DNA of 63,359 nt, the filler included, from Licmophora abbreviata (lineage: Eukaryota), in the NCBI GenBank assembly GCA_900291995.1. It is 23 parts of 23 records of this genome, joined end to end, with 100 filler letters (N's around TTAATTAATTAA, not from the genome) between each part and the next. Parts side by side here need not be neighbours in the genome. Positions count along the whole stretch, not along the records: positions 48,132 to 54,194 come from OLMU01004984.1; positions 54,295 to 57,851 come from OLMU01004985.1; positions 57,952 to 61,162 come from OLMU01004988.1; positions 61,263 to 63,359 come from OLMU01004995.1; 19 more parts are not named here. The stretch is one strand, 5' to 3'. Of the stretch, positions 53,818 to 63,359 are shown piece after piece. The first letter of the stretch is position 1; the number at the start of each line of letters is the position of its first letter. The notes under the pieces were generated by a model, which made no database searches, was not told the DNA's origin, and saw only the letters and a list, made by a program, of their open reading frames with translations. The position numbers were made by a program, and so were the translations under genes.

Positions 53818-55017
53818 ACAGCCCGCTAGCACGATGATGATTGCAATAAGCAGCGGCAAGGGCGGTGTGGGCAAATCCACGGTGACCGCAAATATCGCGG
53901 TGGCCATGGCCGATGCTGGCTTGCGCGTTGGCGTGGTGGATGCGGATATATATGGGCCGTCGATCCCGCGCATGCTGGGCATAACGTCAGGAAAGCCTGC
54001 GATGTCGCCAGAGCAGAAGATCATCCCCGCCGAGGCCCATGGCGTGAAAGTGATGTCCATGGCCATGTTGTCGGACGATGACAGCCCGGCAATCCTGCGC
54101 GGGCCCATGGTGACGAAATACCTGCAGATGTTCATTCGTCAGGTTGAGTGGGGCGCGCTGGACGTTCTGCTCCTGGACCTGCCGCCGGGCACCGNNNNNN
54201 NNNNNNNNNNNNNNNNNNNNNNNNNNNNNNNNNNNNNNTTAATTAATTAANNNNNNNNNNNNNNNNNNNNNNNNNNNNNNNNNNNNNNNNNNNNGTCAGC
54301 ACGCCTCAGGACGTCAGCCTGAAGATCGCGCGGCGCGGCGTGCGGATGATGGAGCAGGTCAATGTGCCTATCCTCGGCGTGATCGAGAACATGAGCGGTT
54401 TCACCTGCCCGGATTGCGGAACGGTCACGCATATCTTTCACGAGGGCGGCGGCGAGGCGATCGCGCAAGATCTGGGTGTGGATTTTCTCGGCAAGGTGCC
54501 TCTTGACCCAACGGTGGTTGATTGCGGCGATGACGGTCGCCCACTGGTGCGCGCCGTGCCGGACAGCCCGGCGGCTGCGGCCTACCGGAGGATTGCTGCT
54601 ACGTTGGCCGGGACCAACGGCGACTTCGCGGGAATCGCGGCGCCCTTCGCATGGAAGCTTGCCGATGGCTCGGGGAAGCCGCCCCCTGCACCGATGACTG
54701 AGGGAGGCCCGACTGACCGCATCGCCGCATTGGACCATGCGGACGGCGCGCTACTTCTGCGGTGGGCTGACGGCAGAGAACAGCGCTTGACGGATCGCGA
54801 CCTACGCCTCGCCTGCCAATGTGCGCAATGCCGCGACGAAATGAGCGGCAAGCGGCTTCTGGACCCGGAAAACGTGCCGCTGGATATCAGCCTGACGCGT
54901 GTCTGGAGCGTCGGAAACTACGCGCTTGGCATGGCGTTCAGCGACGGCCACGACACGGGTATCTACACGTTCAAAGCGCTCCATACCCTCGCCGGGACGG
55001 AGTTGGAGGATGTCTGA
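53804..55017 (+). CDS. Mrp/ApbC/NBP35 Fe-S carrier ATPase fused to DUF971 (gap inside)
   Basis: SSGKGGVGKST, DADIYGPS, DLPPGT, ENMS..CPDC; C-term LRLACQCAQC..VGNYAL..FSDGHDTGIY. Confidence 0.88.
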
Positions 55018-56245
55018 TCCAACGACGCGGCGCCGCATACGTGCGCAGGCCTCGGCCAGCGACCCACATGTCATGGGCTTCGTACTCGAGACACCACTCA
55101 AAGAGGGATCGTCTTGTCGCATCGAAGCGAGCAGCAATGCCCCGCTTGGGCACGCACTTTTTGCGCTCCATGGTATTGATCGGGTCGAAGTGAGCGACGC
55201 GACGATCTGGGTCAAGAAGCAAACTGAAGCAAGCTGGGAAACGTTGAAACCTGGCATCGCTGGGGCTATCCGCGTTGTACTCGACAGCAGCGAAGCACCA
55301 CTCGGCGCGTGCGCGCCCGAGGATACTACTCCAGATAAAATCCTTGGCGAGGCGGTTGAGAAACTGCTGAACCAGCAGGTCAACCCCGCAGTCGCTGCCC
55401 ATGGCGGGCATATCTCGGCGGAAAAGGTTGAGGGAGGCACCATATATTTGCGTATGTCCGGGGGCTGTCAGGGCTGCGCGGCATCCGCGGCCACGCTTCG
55501 CGAAGGGGTGGAGCGCATGTTGCGCGCCGCCCTGCCACAAATCGTGCAGATCGTTGATGTCACTGACCATGAGGCGGGGGAAACCCCCTTCTACGCCCGA
55601 AATGATGGCCCCTCACCAGTCTTGAACCGCCCAATCCCGCAGGATGTCATCGGTTGGGAAGACGGTCAGGTTGTAGTCGACCCGGACTATTTGGCACCGA
55701 AGCTTGGTCTGAACCCGGATACGCTCCGCGCTGGTCTGCAAAGGGGGGACGTCGTCGGTGTAACAGAGACCGGTCAAGGCGATGATACAGGCAAGACGCG
55801 AGTGATTATTCACACCCCAACACGGGCATGGGCAGCCGAAATCGACGCAAGTGGTGCCGCCCGCGAAATTCCGCCTCCGCGTGTGGTGTCGTCGGCCCAC
55901 GCTCAGGAGGAAGCACTGTCTGATCGGGTCCGCGCCCATCTTGAAGGCCTTGCCGAAACAAAGCTTCCGATCACCTATGGCGCATTGGCGCGGGCCCTTG
56001 GGTTGTGGGCACCGGGCTCGATCGCGAAAATCACCAGGGCACTTGAAACCACAATGCGGGAGGACGCCGCAGAGGACCGCCCCTTTATCGCCGCCCGCGC
56101 CGTCAATCGCGGGCGCGACAAGTTGCCGGGAAAAGGCTATTTCGATCTCGCCCACGCCCTTTCACGGGGACCAAGACCCGGCGAGAACGACTCTGAGTCG
56201 CATGCCCGGGAACTCCGTCGCTTGAATGAGGTACTTGCCAGATAG
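55010..56245 (+). CDS. Multidomain Nfu/NifU-like Fe-S carrier protein
   Basis: Nfu N-terminal scaffold-like region, VNPAVAAHGG..GGCQGC NifU-C motif, then two further domains. Confidence 0.82.
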   Translation: MSDPTTRRRIRAQASASDPHVMGFVLETPLKEGSSCRIEASSNAPLGHALFALHGIDRVEVSDATIWVKKQTEASWETLKPGIAGAIRVVLDSSEAPLGACAPEDTTPDKILGEAVEKLLNQQVNPAVAAHGGHISAEKVEGGTIYLRMSGGCQGCAASAATLREGVERMLRAALPQIVQIVDVTDHEAGETPFYARNDGPSPVLNRPIPQDVIGWEDGQVVVDPDYLAPKLGLNPDTLRAGLQRGDVVGVTETGQGDDTGKTRVIIHTPTRAWAAEIDASGAAREIPPPRVVSSAHAQEEALSDRVRAHLEGLAETKLPITYGALARALGLWAPGSIAKITRALETTMREDAAEDRPFIAARAVNRGRDKLPGKGYFDLAHALSRGPRPGENDSESHARELRRLNEVLAR

Positions 56246-56405
56246 ACAACCAGTGATGCAGTCCATCGAATTTCGGGTGCCTAACTAAAACAGAAGTTTC
56301 GCATTATGACTGCTTCGGGGCTGATAGCAGTTCATGGCATCGGACCGATACGAAGGTAATATAGATTTGCTTTCTGCGAATTTTAGTGGATCAAGGGTTC
56401 GGCAG

Positions 56406-56480
56406 TGCTGCAAAAGTCCGGTCTAATGGGCCGCACCGCAGCGGTGGAATGGTATGGTCAATGGCCGGTTTGGGCCGTTC
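56406..56480 (+). repeat. Module-flanking imperfect direct repeat, right copy
   Basis: TGCTGCA..GGTCT..GCCGCACCGCAGCG..AATGGCCGGTTTGGGCCGTTC. Confidence 0.75.
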
Positions 56481-56675
56481 GCAACATTTATCGCCGCCAC
56501 GCGGGAGGTCCGGCACCTCCAAAACTCGTTCCTTTACACGATTTTTGGAGTTTCCGCTGTTGGTAGTAGAAGCTGCTGTTGAGTTTTGTGCCTATTTATA
56601 GGTCCTGAACCTAAAGCCCAATTGCTTGGTGAAATCCCCTGGATTCGGTCACGGTATTTCCTTTGCGTGGTGTTT

Positions 56676-56695
56676 TGTTGCCACTTGGTTGCCAC
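56676..56695 (+). repeat. Candidate integrase arm-type sites (right)
   Basis: Tandem TGTTGCCAC (56676) and GGTTGCCAC (56687), 11-bp period. Confidence 0.6.
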
Positions 56696-56764
56696 AGCCG
56701 CATGAGCACCCTACCCCACAACCCTTATTTCAAGGCATAAAACGTTATTTTAGCACCTATCACT

Positions 56765-56836
56765 ACGATCATGATGGGCGATGACCGCGCCATCCGCGAT
56801 CTGCGCATCATGGGCCAGCCCCTTCGCGCGGCCTGA
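56765..56836 (+). pseudogene. attR core plus displaced original 3' end of guaD
   Basis: ACGATCATGATGGG then host-like codons: TIMMGDDRAIRDLRIMGQPLRAA*. Confidence 0.88.
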
Positions 56837-56955
56837 GCGCGCCATCCTCGCGACCGTTCGCAAGGCCAGTCAACCGGGCCGGCCCCCAGCCTCACCTCAC
56901 CACCCGCGCGACCGCCCGTCAGGGCGGGCAAGCCCGTCCCCCGGCCCGCCCCCCA

Positions 56956-57417
56956 TCAGCAGCCGGGCCGCCCCAGCACCATGACCCACAGGTTATCCGG
57001 CCCGCGCACCAGCCCGAACTCCACCGCCTGCTCGGCAAGGATGTTGCGCCGATGCCCCGGCGAGGCCATCCACCCCTCCAGAACCTCCTGCAGGCTGCCC
57101 TGCCCCTTGGCGATGTTCTCGGCCACGAAACAGAACCCGTAGCCGTGCTTGCGCACGCGCTGTCCCACGCTGCTGCCATTGCTGCCCTCGTGGCTGAACC
57201 GTCCCGAACCCGCCAGATCATCGGCATGGGCGGCCGCCGCCCGCGTCAGCGGCGCCGAAACCGCCAGCGCGCCGCGCCCGTCCTGTGCCCGCACCTGGCT
57301 CAGCCAGCCTTGCGCCGATCCGCCCAGATCGGCCATCTGCGCCTGCGCCTGCCCCGCAAGCATCAGTCCCGCCAGCATCAGCGCCGCCGCAATCCGCCCT
57401 GCAAACCTGGTCGCCAT
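56956..57417 (-). CDS. CAP (SCP-like) domain protein
   Basis: Signal peptide, AAAAHADDL, FSHEG, AENIA, WMASPGHRRNIL. Confidence 0.88.
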   Translation of the reverse strand: MATRFAGRIAAALMLAGLMLAGQAQAQMADLGGSAQGWLSQVRAQDGRGALAVSAPLTRAAAAHADDLAGSGRFSHEGSNGSSVGQRVRKHGYGFCFVAENIAKGQGSLQEVLEGWMASPGHRRNILAEQAVEFGLVRGPDNLWVMVLGRPGC

Positions 57418-57478
57418 GTCACACACTCCCGTTCCGTTCCCGCATCACCCGCATCATGTCGCGTGATCCGATCCGCGT

Positions 57479-57851
57479 TCACCCGATCCCCTGCAACAGC
57501 GCCAGCGCCTCGGCGTGCTGCTGGCGCCCCGCCGCCGCCAGAACGCGCCCCCCATCATGGGCCGGGCCGCCCTCCCAATCCGTCACGATGCCACCCGCTG
57601 CCTCGATCACCGCGATGGGTGCCTGTATATCATAGGAATTCAGCCCCGCCTCGATCACCAGATCGATCTGCCCGGCGGCCAGAAGCGCATAGGCGTAGCA
57701 ATCCATCCCGTAGCGCACCAGCTGCACCGCCTCCGCCACCCGCATGAAGCCCGCCCGCTCCTGCGCTGTGCCCACCTCGGGAAAGGTCGAGAACAGAATG
57801 GATTGCGCCAGAGGCCGGTCGCCGCGCACCTTCAGCCTGCGCTCGCCTTGC
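57479..57851 (-). CDS. Inositol monophosphatase family, histidinol-phosphatase-like, C-terminal part
   Basis: RYGMDCYAYALLAAG, YDIQAPIAVIEAAGGIVTDW. Confidence 0.8.
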
Positions 57852-57952
57852 NNNNNNNNNNNNNNNNNNNNNNNNNNNNNNNNNNNNNNNNNNNNTTAAT
57901 TAATTAANNNNNNNNNNNNNNNNNNNNNNNNNNNNNNNNNNNNNNNNNNNNC

Positions 57953-59008
57953 CTGCCGGTGCAACAATTCATTGAGCGCGCGCGGCTCGATCCGAATCAA
58001 CGCCTCCTCGCGCGAGATGATGCCATCATCGGCCAGCGTCACCGCGATCGCCACCGCCGCGCGGGCATTGCGCGCCACCCGCACACCGTCCAGCACATAG
58101 ACCTCACCGTTTTCGATGGTGAACTCGACCTGCATTTCCTCGCGCAGCTTGGCGCGCATCAGCTGGGTATAGCCCTTGAGCTTGGCAAAGGCCTCGGGCG
58201 CCACCTCCTCCAGTGACGGACCGCGCGGATCGCGCATCAGGAACATCGCGTCCGACCCCGCGCGCAGCGCGTCCCGGCCCTGACTCTGGCTCATGTAGCG
58301 CCCGGTGATCCGCCGTGCCCCCGTCGCACTGTCCACCAGCTGCATCACCCCCGAGCCGGACTCGCCCTGTCCCAGCCCGAAGGCCATCTCCTGCACCACA
58401 AGGCCCAGCCCCGCATCCGCCGGCGCACCCTTGGCCTGTCGCAGCAAGCGCGCCGTCGTCCCCTCCCAGGCCCGCGCCATCGAGCGCAGCACCTCGGCCA
58501 GTTGCACACTCGTCTCTTGCGGAAAATCCTCTTCGGTCTCGGTCTCATAGGCGCGCACCGCCTGCCCGAGCCCGACCACAGGATCAGAATCCACGTCGTC
58601 GAAAATATCCGGGTCCAGCCGCGCCACATGCGTCGAATAGGACTGAACGAAGCGCAGATACAATTCCGACGCCGCCTCCTTGCCCAGCCGGTCGCTCAAT
58701 TCCACGAACTTGGCATCGTTCATCCCGATATTCAGCACCGCCCCCGGCCCGCCCCAGTCGGGGTCTTCCGACGACGGGCGCACACAGAGCAACGCCTCCG
58801 CGCTGAACGGCGCGATCAGCGCCTCGAGATCGGGCATATCCCCGGCAGCGATGCCATGCACCGCGTCGAAGGACAGCGCGATGGTGCGCGGCAATGGCAG
58901 ATCGAGCCGCACAAGGCGCTGAAGACATTTCGCGCGCCCGCCATGCGTTTGCGCCGCCATCGGAGCGGTCGGTGTGATGAGAGTGATATCTGGATCGTCT
59001 TGCTGCAC
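57953..59008 (-). CDS. ppdK: Pyruvate phosphate dikinase-like protein, N-terminal part
   Basis: HGGRAKCL, VLNIGMND, VVQEMAFG, SQGRDAL, EFTIENG; follows glyS. Confidence 0.7.
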
Positions 59009-59270
59009 TGCGGCACCCTGATTGCGTTGGCGCAGAATACGCGCGATGTGCCCCTTGGCAAGAGCAAGCACACCCTTGCCCCCGGATTACACGCCCCGGC
59101 TGCGCGCCCCTGTTTCCGGCCCCGAAAATGCGACTTGTGTACAAGATGGACACAATTTGCCGGTATCCGGCCCCGGATCGTCCCAAACGCGCGTAGGTTT
59201 TGTACAAATCGTACACAAAACCCTCGCCCGGCCCGTTACAGCGGTCCCGGGCCATCGGGGGAGGCGAAAC

Positions 59271-61162
59271 TCAGCCTTCCAGCTTGGTCAGGTCCGCCGC
59301 CTGCAAACAGATATCCCGTATCTTTCCAAGCAAATTCAGCCGGTTACGCCGCACCACCTGATTGTCGGTATTGACCTGCACCGCATCGAAAAACGCATCT
59401 ATCGGCCCCCTGAGCGCCGCCATCGCCGCCATGGCGCCCCCGAAGTCCTCAACGGCATTCGCCTTCGCGATCTCATCCTCAGCCTTGGCCAGAGCGGCAA
59501 AAAGGTCTTTCTCTTCAGACACTTCCGCGAATTTCGGGTCCGCTCCGAACGAATATTCGACGCCATCTTTCTCTTCGGCCTGACTCAAGATGTTGTTGGC
59601 CCTCTTGAAGCCCTGCACAAGATTTACCCCGCCTTCGGTCTCCAGCACGTCTCCCAACGCCTTGGCCCGTGCCACGATCAGGGCAAGGTCATCGCCGCCA
59701 TCTAGCATCAGGCACGCATCGATCACGTCATGCCTAAGCCCCTGATCTCTCAGGTAAACTTTCAGCCGGTCATGGAAGAACGCCAGCAAATCCGTGCTCA
59801 GATCCGGCACCAGATCGCCCACGCTGCGCAGCAGACTACCCTCCTCGGTATCCGGCGCATTCCTTTTTCCTTCAGCCGATCCATCACCGCCCAAAACGCC
59901 GCCCCGAAGACTCCGTGGTCCGCAATCTCGTCCAGAACCTCTTCCAGCGTGTCAATTTCGTCGTCGCTGGCTTTGGCGTGATTGAGGCTTATCTTGTGCC
60001 TGAGAAGCTGTGCATCAATATATCTGTCCAGTTTCAGCCGGAAACCGCCATCCAGAATGATCCGGATCACCCCAAGCGCCGCCCTGCGCAGCGCGAACGG
60101 ATCCTTCGATCCGGTGGGTTTTTCGTCGATCGCCCAGAACCCCGTCAGCGTATCCAGCTTGTCCGCCAGCGCCACCGCCACCGACACCGCCGCCCCCGGC
60201 ACCGCATCCGATGGCCCAAGCGGGCGGTAGTGGTCTTCGCAGGCCGCCGCCACATCATCCGGCAGGCCCGCCGCCTCGGCATAGTAGCGCCCCATAAGCC
60301 CTTGTAATTCCGGGAATTCATAGACCATTTCCGAACTCAGATCGGCCTTGGCCACCCGCGCCGCCTGCTCCGCGCGCCCGGCATCCGCCCCCACATCGGC
60401 GGCAATGTCCCGCGCCAGCGCAGCGATCCGGCCGATCCGCGCGGCCTGCGTTCCCAGCTGTCGCTCGAATGTCACGTTCGACAGTTGCTCGATCCAGTCC
60501 TCCATGCCCGCATGGGCGATACGAAGGTCGTTTTCCCAGAAAAACTTGGCATCCGACAGCCGCGCCGCCAGGACCTTCTGGTTCCCGGCAAGGATCGTGG
60601 CGCCATGATCCGCGCTTTCGATATTGGCCACGGTGATGAACCGCTCGATCCTTCCCGTCGCCGGATTGCGCACCGAAAAGAACTTCTGGTGTTCCTTCAT
60701 CGAGGTTTGCAGCACCTCCGCCGGCAGGCCCAGAAAATCCTCGTCGATCTGGCCCATCAACACGACCGGCCATTCGACAAGCCCGGCAACCTCGGACAGA
60801 AGCCCTTGATCTTCCACAACTTCCAGCCCTGCGGCAAAGGCCTGACTGGTGGCGTCGTGCCAGATGTGATCGGCGCGCTGCTGCGCATCCAGGATCACAT
60901 GATCGCGCTTGAGCTTGGCCTCGTAATCCTCGAACGACGAGACAGCAAACCGTCCCCCGCCCATGAACCGATGCCCTTCGGTGGTGTTACCGGCCCTGAT
61001 CCCGTCAATCTCGAGGTCCACGATATGGGCCTCTCCGGCCTCATCCGTGAGGATACACAGGATGGATTGCAGCGGACGCACCCATCGCAGGCTGCCAGAC
61101 CCCCACCGCATCGCCTTGGGCCACGGAAAGCTCCGCACCACATGATCCAGCACCTCGGCCAC
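59271..61162 (-). CDS. glyS: Glycine-tRNA ligase beta subunit, partial; apparent frameshift near 59865
   Basis: [32 protein letters not shown] in one frame; [14 protein letters not shown] in another. Confidence 0.9.
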
Positions 61163-61262
61163 NNNNNNNNNNNNNNNNNNNNNNNNNNNNNNNNNNNNNN
61201 NNNNNNTTAATTAATTAANNNNNNNNNNNNNNNNNNNNNNNNNNNNNNNNNNNNNNNNNNNN

Positions 61263-62037
61263 CGCGATCGACGACATGTTCGGCGGAGAATTCGGCGACG
61301 CCGGCGCCGAAGTGGTGATCGAAGAATTCATGACAGGCGAAGAAGCCAGCTTTTTCGTGCTCTGCGACGGTGAGAATGCCCTGCCCATCGGCACGGCACA
61401 GGATCACAAGCGCGTCGGCGACGGTGATACCGGCCCCAATACCGGCGGCATGGGCGCCTATTCCCCGGCCCCCGTCCTGACCGATGCGGTGGCCGATCTG
61501 GCGATGGAGCGTATCATCCGCCCCACGTTGCGCGAAATGGCCCGGCGCGGCACGCCCTATCAGGGGGTGCTCTATGCCGGTCTGATGATCGCGAACGGCC
61601 AGCCCCGGCTGGTGGAATACAACGTGCGCTTCGGTGACCCGGAATGTCAGGTTCTGATGATGCGCCTTGGCGCTCAGGCGCTCGATCTGATGCAAGCCGC
61701 CGCCGAAGGGCGTCTGGCCGAGGCTCAGGTCAACTGGGCCACAGATCACGCGCTCACGGTGGTGATGGCCGCCAAGGGCTATCCCGGCCCTTATGAAAAA
61801 GGCAGTGCAATCAAAGGGCTGGACGACACTACAGAAGACAGTTTCCACATGGTCTTTCATGCGGGAACCGCAATGGCCGATGGACGGGTCGTGGCTTCGG
61901 GCGGACGGGTGCTGAACGTCACCGCGCGCGGCGCCTCCCTGCAACAGGCCCGCGACCGCGCCTATACGATGGTCGACCGGATCGACTGGCCCGAGGGCTT
62001 CTGCCGCCGCGATATCGGCTGGCGCGCTCTGTCCTGA
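61263..62037 (+). CDS. purD: Phosphoribosylamine-glycine ligase, C-terminal part
   Basis: QDHKR, GPNTGGMGAYSP, EYNVRFGDPE, GGRVL. Confidence 0.93.
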
Positions 62038-62076
62038 TACCGAACGCCGCTCAGGGCCTCTGACCGTGGTCGCCCC

Positions 62077-62832
62077 TCAGCGGCAGGCCATCGCCCGATC
62101 GAACCCCGCCGCATCGGCCCTTATCCCCAAGGACCGTGCCACCAGTTGGCGCCCCTCGAACGCCACCGCCAGCACGCGCTGAAACCCGGCATCCGCCACC
62201 ACGATTTCAGGCCCCTGCCCGCAATCGCGCAAACCGCCCCAGATCACCTCGTCGCCGATGCGGTGATTGGTGACGCCGCTCAGACGCGCGATCTCGGTCA
62301 GCCCGCCCGGCGCCCAACTCCAGACCCGCAGCGTCTTGCCCAGATGCGGCGTCTCGACATAGGCGATGTCGATCACCCCGTCACCGTTGAGATCGGCAAT
62401 CGCCGCTGGCGCAAGCCAGCGAAACCTCGTGCCGATATGCGGCGTGGCGGCGGCCTTGACCAGACGCCCCTGCCGCAGGCTGTAGACCGCAAGCTGCGCG
62501 CCAAGGCGCGGATCGGCCTCGACCAGAACCACATCCAGCCGCCCGTCTCCATCCGCATCCACGACGCGTGGCGCGATATCCTCGAACACATGATCCGGCT
62601 CCGGCCCTTCGCGCAGATCGAACCGGATCTCCCGGCCCTGCGCATCGCGCACCGCCAGAACCCGGCGCTCGGGGATCGCGCCCATGATCCGGTGCGGATA
62701 GCTGTCGTCAGCCGCCTCGAAACGCGCCGCGGTGATGCCTTGGCCCTCTGACGTGACCCAAGGCTCCTCAGCGTGCAGCGACCCCGCAAGACAGGCGGCG
62801 GCACATGCGATCCATGCCCCCGCCCACCGCAT
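62077..62832 (-). CDS. FG-GAP/VCBS repeat exported protein
   Basis: Signal peptide, DADGDGRLD and DLNGDGVID repeats. Confidence 0.75.
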   Translation of the reverse strand: MRWAGAWIACAAACLAGSLHAEEPWVTSEGQGITAARFEAADDSYPHRIMGAIPERRVLAVRDAQGREIRFDLREGPEPDHVFEDIAPRVVDADGDGRLDVVLVEADPRLGAQLAVYSLRQGRLVKAAATPHIGTRFRWLAPAAIADLNGDGVIDIAYVETPHLGKTLRVWSWAPGGLTEIARLSGVTNHRIGDEVIWGGLRDCGQGPEIVVADAGFQRVLAVAFEGRQLVARSLGIRADAAGFDRAMACR

Positions 62833-62834
62833 TC

Positions 62835-63359
<525 letters not shown>

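Larger units (their letters stand above)
18961..56778. mobile_element. Integrative element (phage-satellite-like core plus cargo) inserted in guaD
   Basis: Identical 14-bp ACGATCATGATGGG at both ends, displaced guaD tail after the right copy, tyrosine integrase near the left end, phage-type replication/packaging genes, visibly lower GC than the flanks. Confidence 0.88.

Noticed and set aside
18961..56778. Calling the element an ICE or a complete prophage
   Set aside because: No relaxase, type IV secretion, capsid, tail or lysis genes are visible; this cannot be fully excluded because gap contents are unknown
57852..57952. Apparent adjacency or fusion of ppdK and the hisN-like gene (likewise glyS and purD at ~61163-61262)
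   Set aside because: Both genes are truncated at a spacer, so the true gap must be large; adjacency is not informative
59855..59875. Frameshift in glyS at GGAAAAAGGAATG (minus strand) as possible programmed frameshift or pseudogene
   Set aside because: Essential gene, and the shift falls at short homopolymer runs in a fragmented draft; sequencing error is most likely, checkable from reads

Overview
Draft-assembly window from a high-GC marine Rhodobacteraceae (Roseobacter group; assignment inferred from gene content and order). It is broken by many N-padded TTAATTAATTAA spacers. Both flanks are ordinary chromosome: pccA/pccB, transporters, yebC, ymdB-like, mgtE and guaD on the left; CAP protein, hisN-like, ppdK, glyS, purD and ferredoxin on the right. 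The centre (18961-56778, about 38 kb as displayed) is an integrated element inserted in the 3' end of the guanine deaminase gene guaD. It is bounded by a 14-bp direct repeat ACGATCATGATGGG, supplies a replacement guaD C-terminus, and leaves the original guaD tail stranded at the right end. Its left ~15 kb looks like a phage satellite or reduced prophage: tyrosine integrase with candidate arm and IHF sites, a type I restriction-modification locus plus M48 peptidase, a large-terminase nuclease domain, an AT-rich iteron-flanked candidate origin, a Prim-Pol/helicase and an AlpA/Xis-like gene. No capsid or tail genes are visible, but gaps could hide them. Its right ~22 kb carries three cargo modules apparently delimited by short repeats: (i) LacI-TRAP-2-oxoacid dehydrogenase (apparently split E2)-aldehyde dehydrogenase-SDR; (ii) amidohydrolase/beta-barrel/hydrolase; (iii) an RpoH-like sigma factor divergent from a Cys-tailed MarR, Mrp-DUF971 and a multidomain Nfu protein. 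All family calls come from motif recognition; no database search was run.
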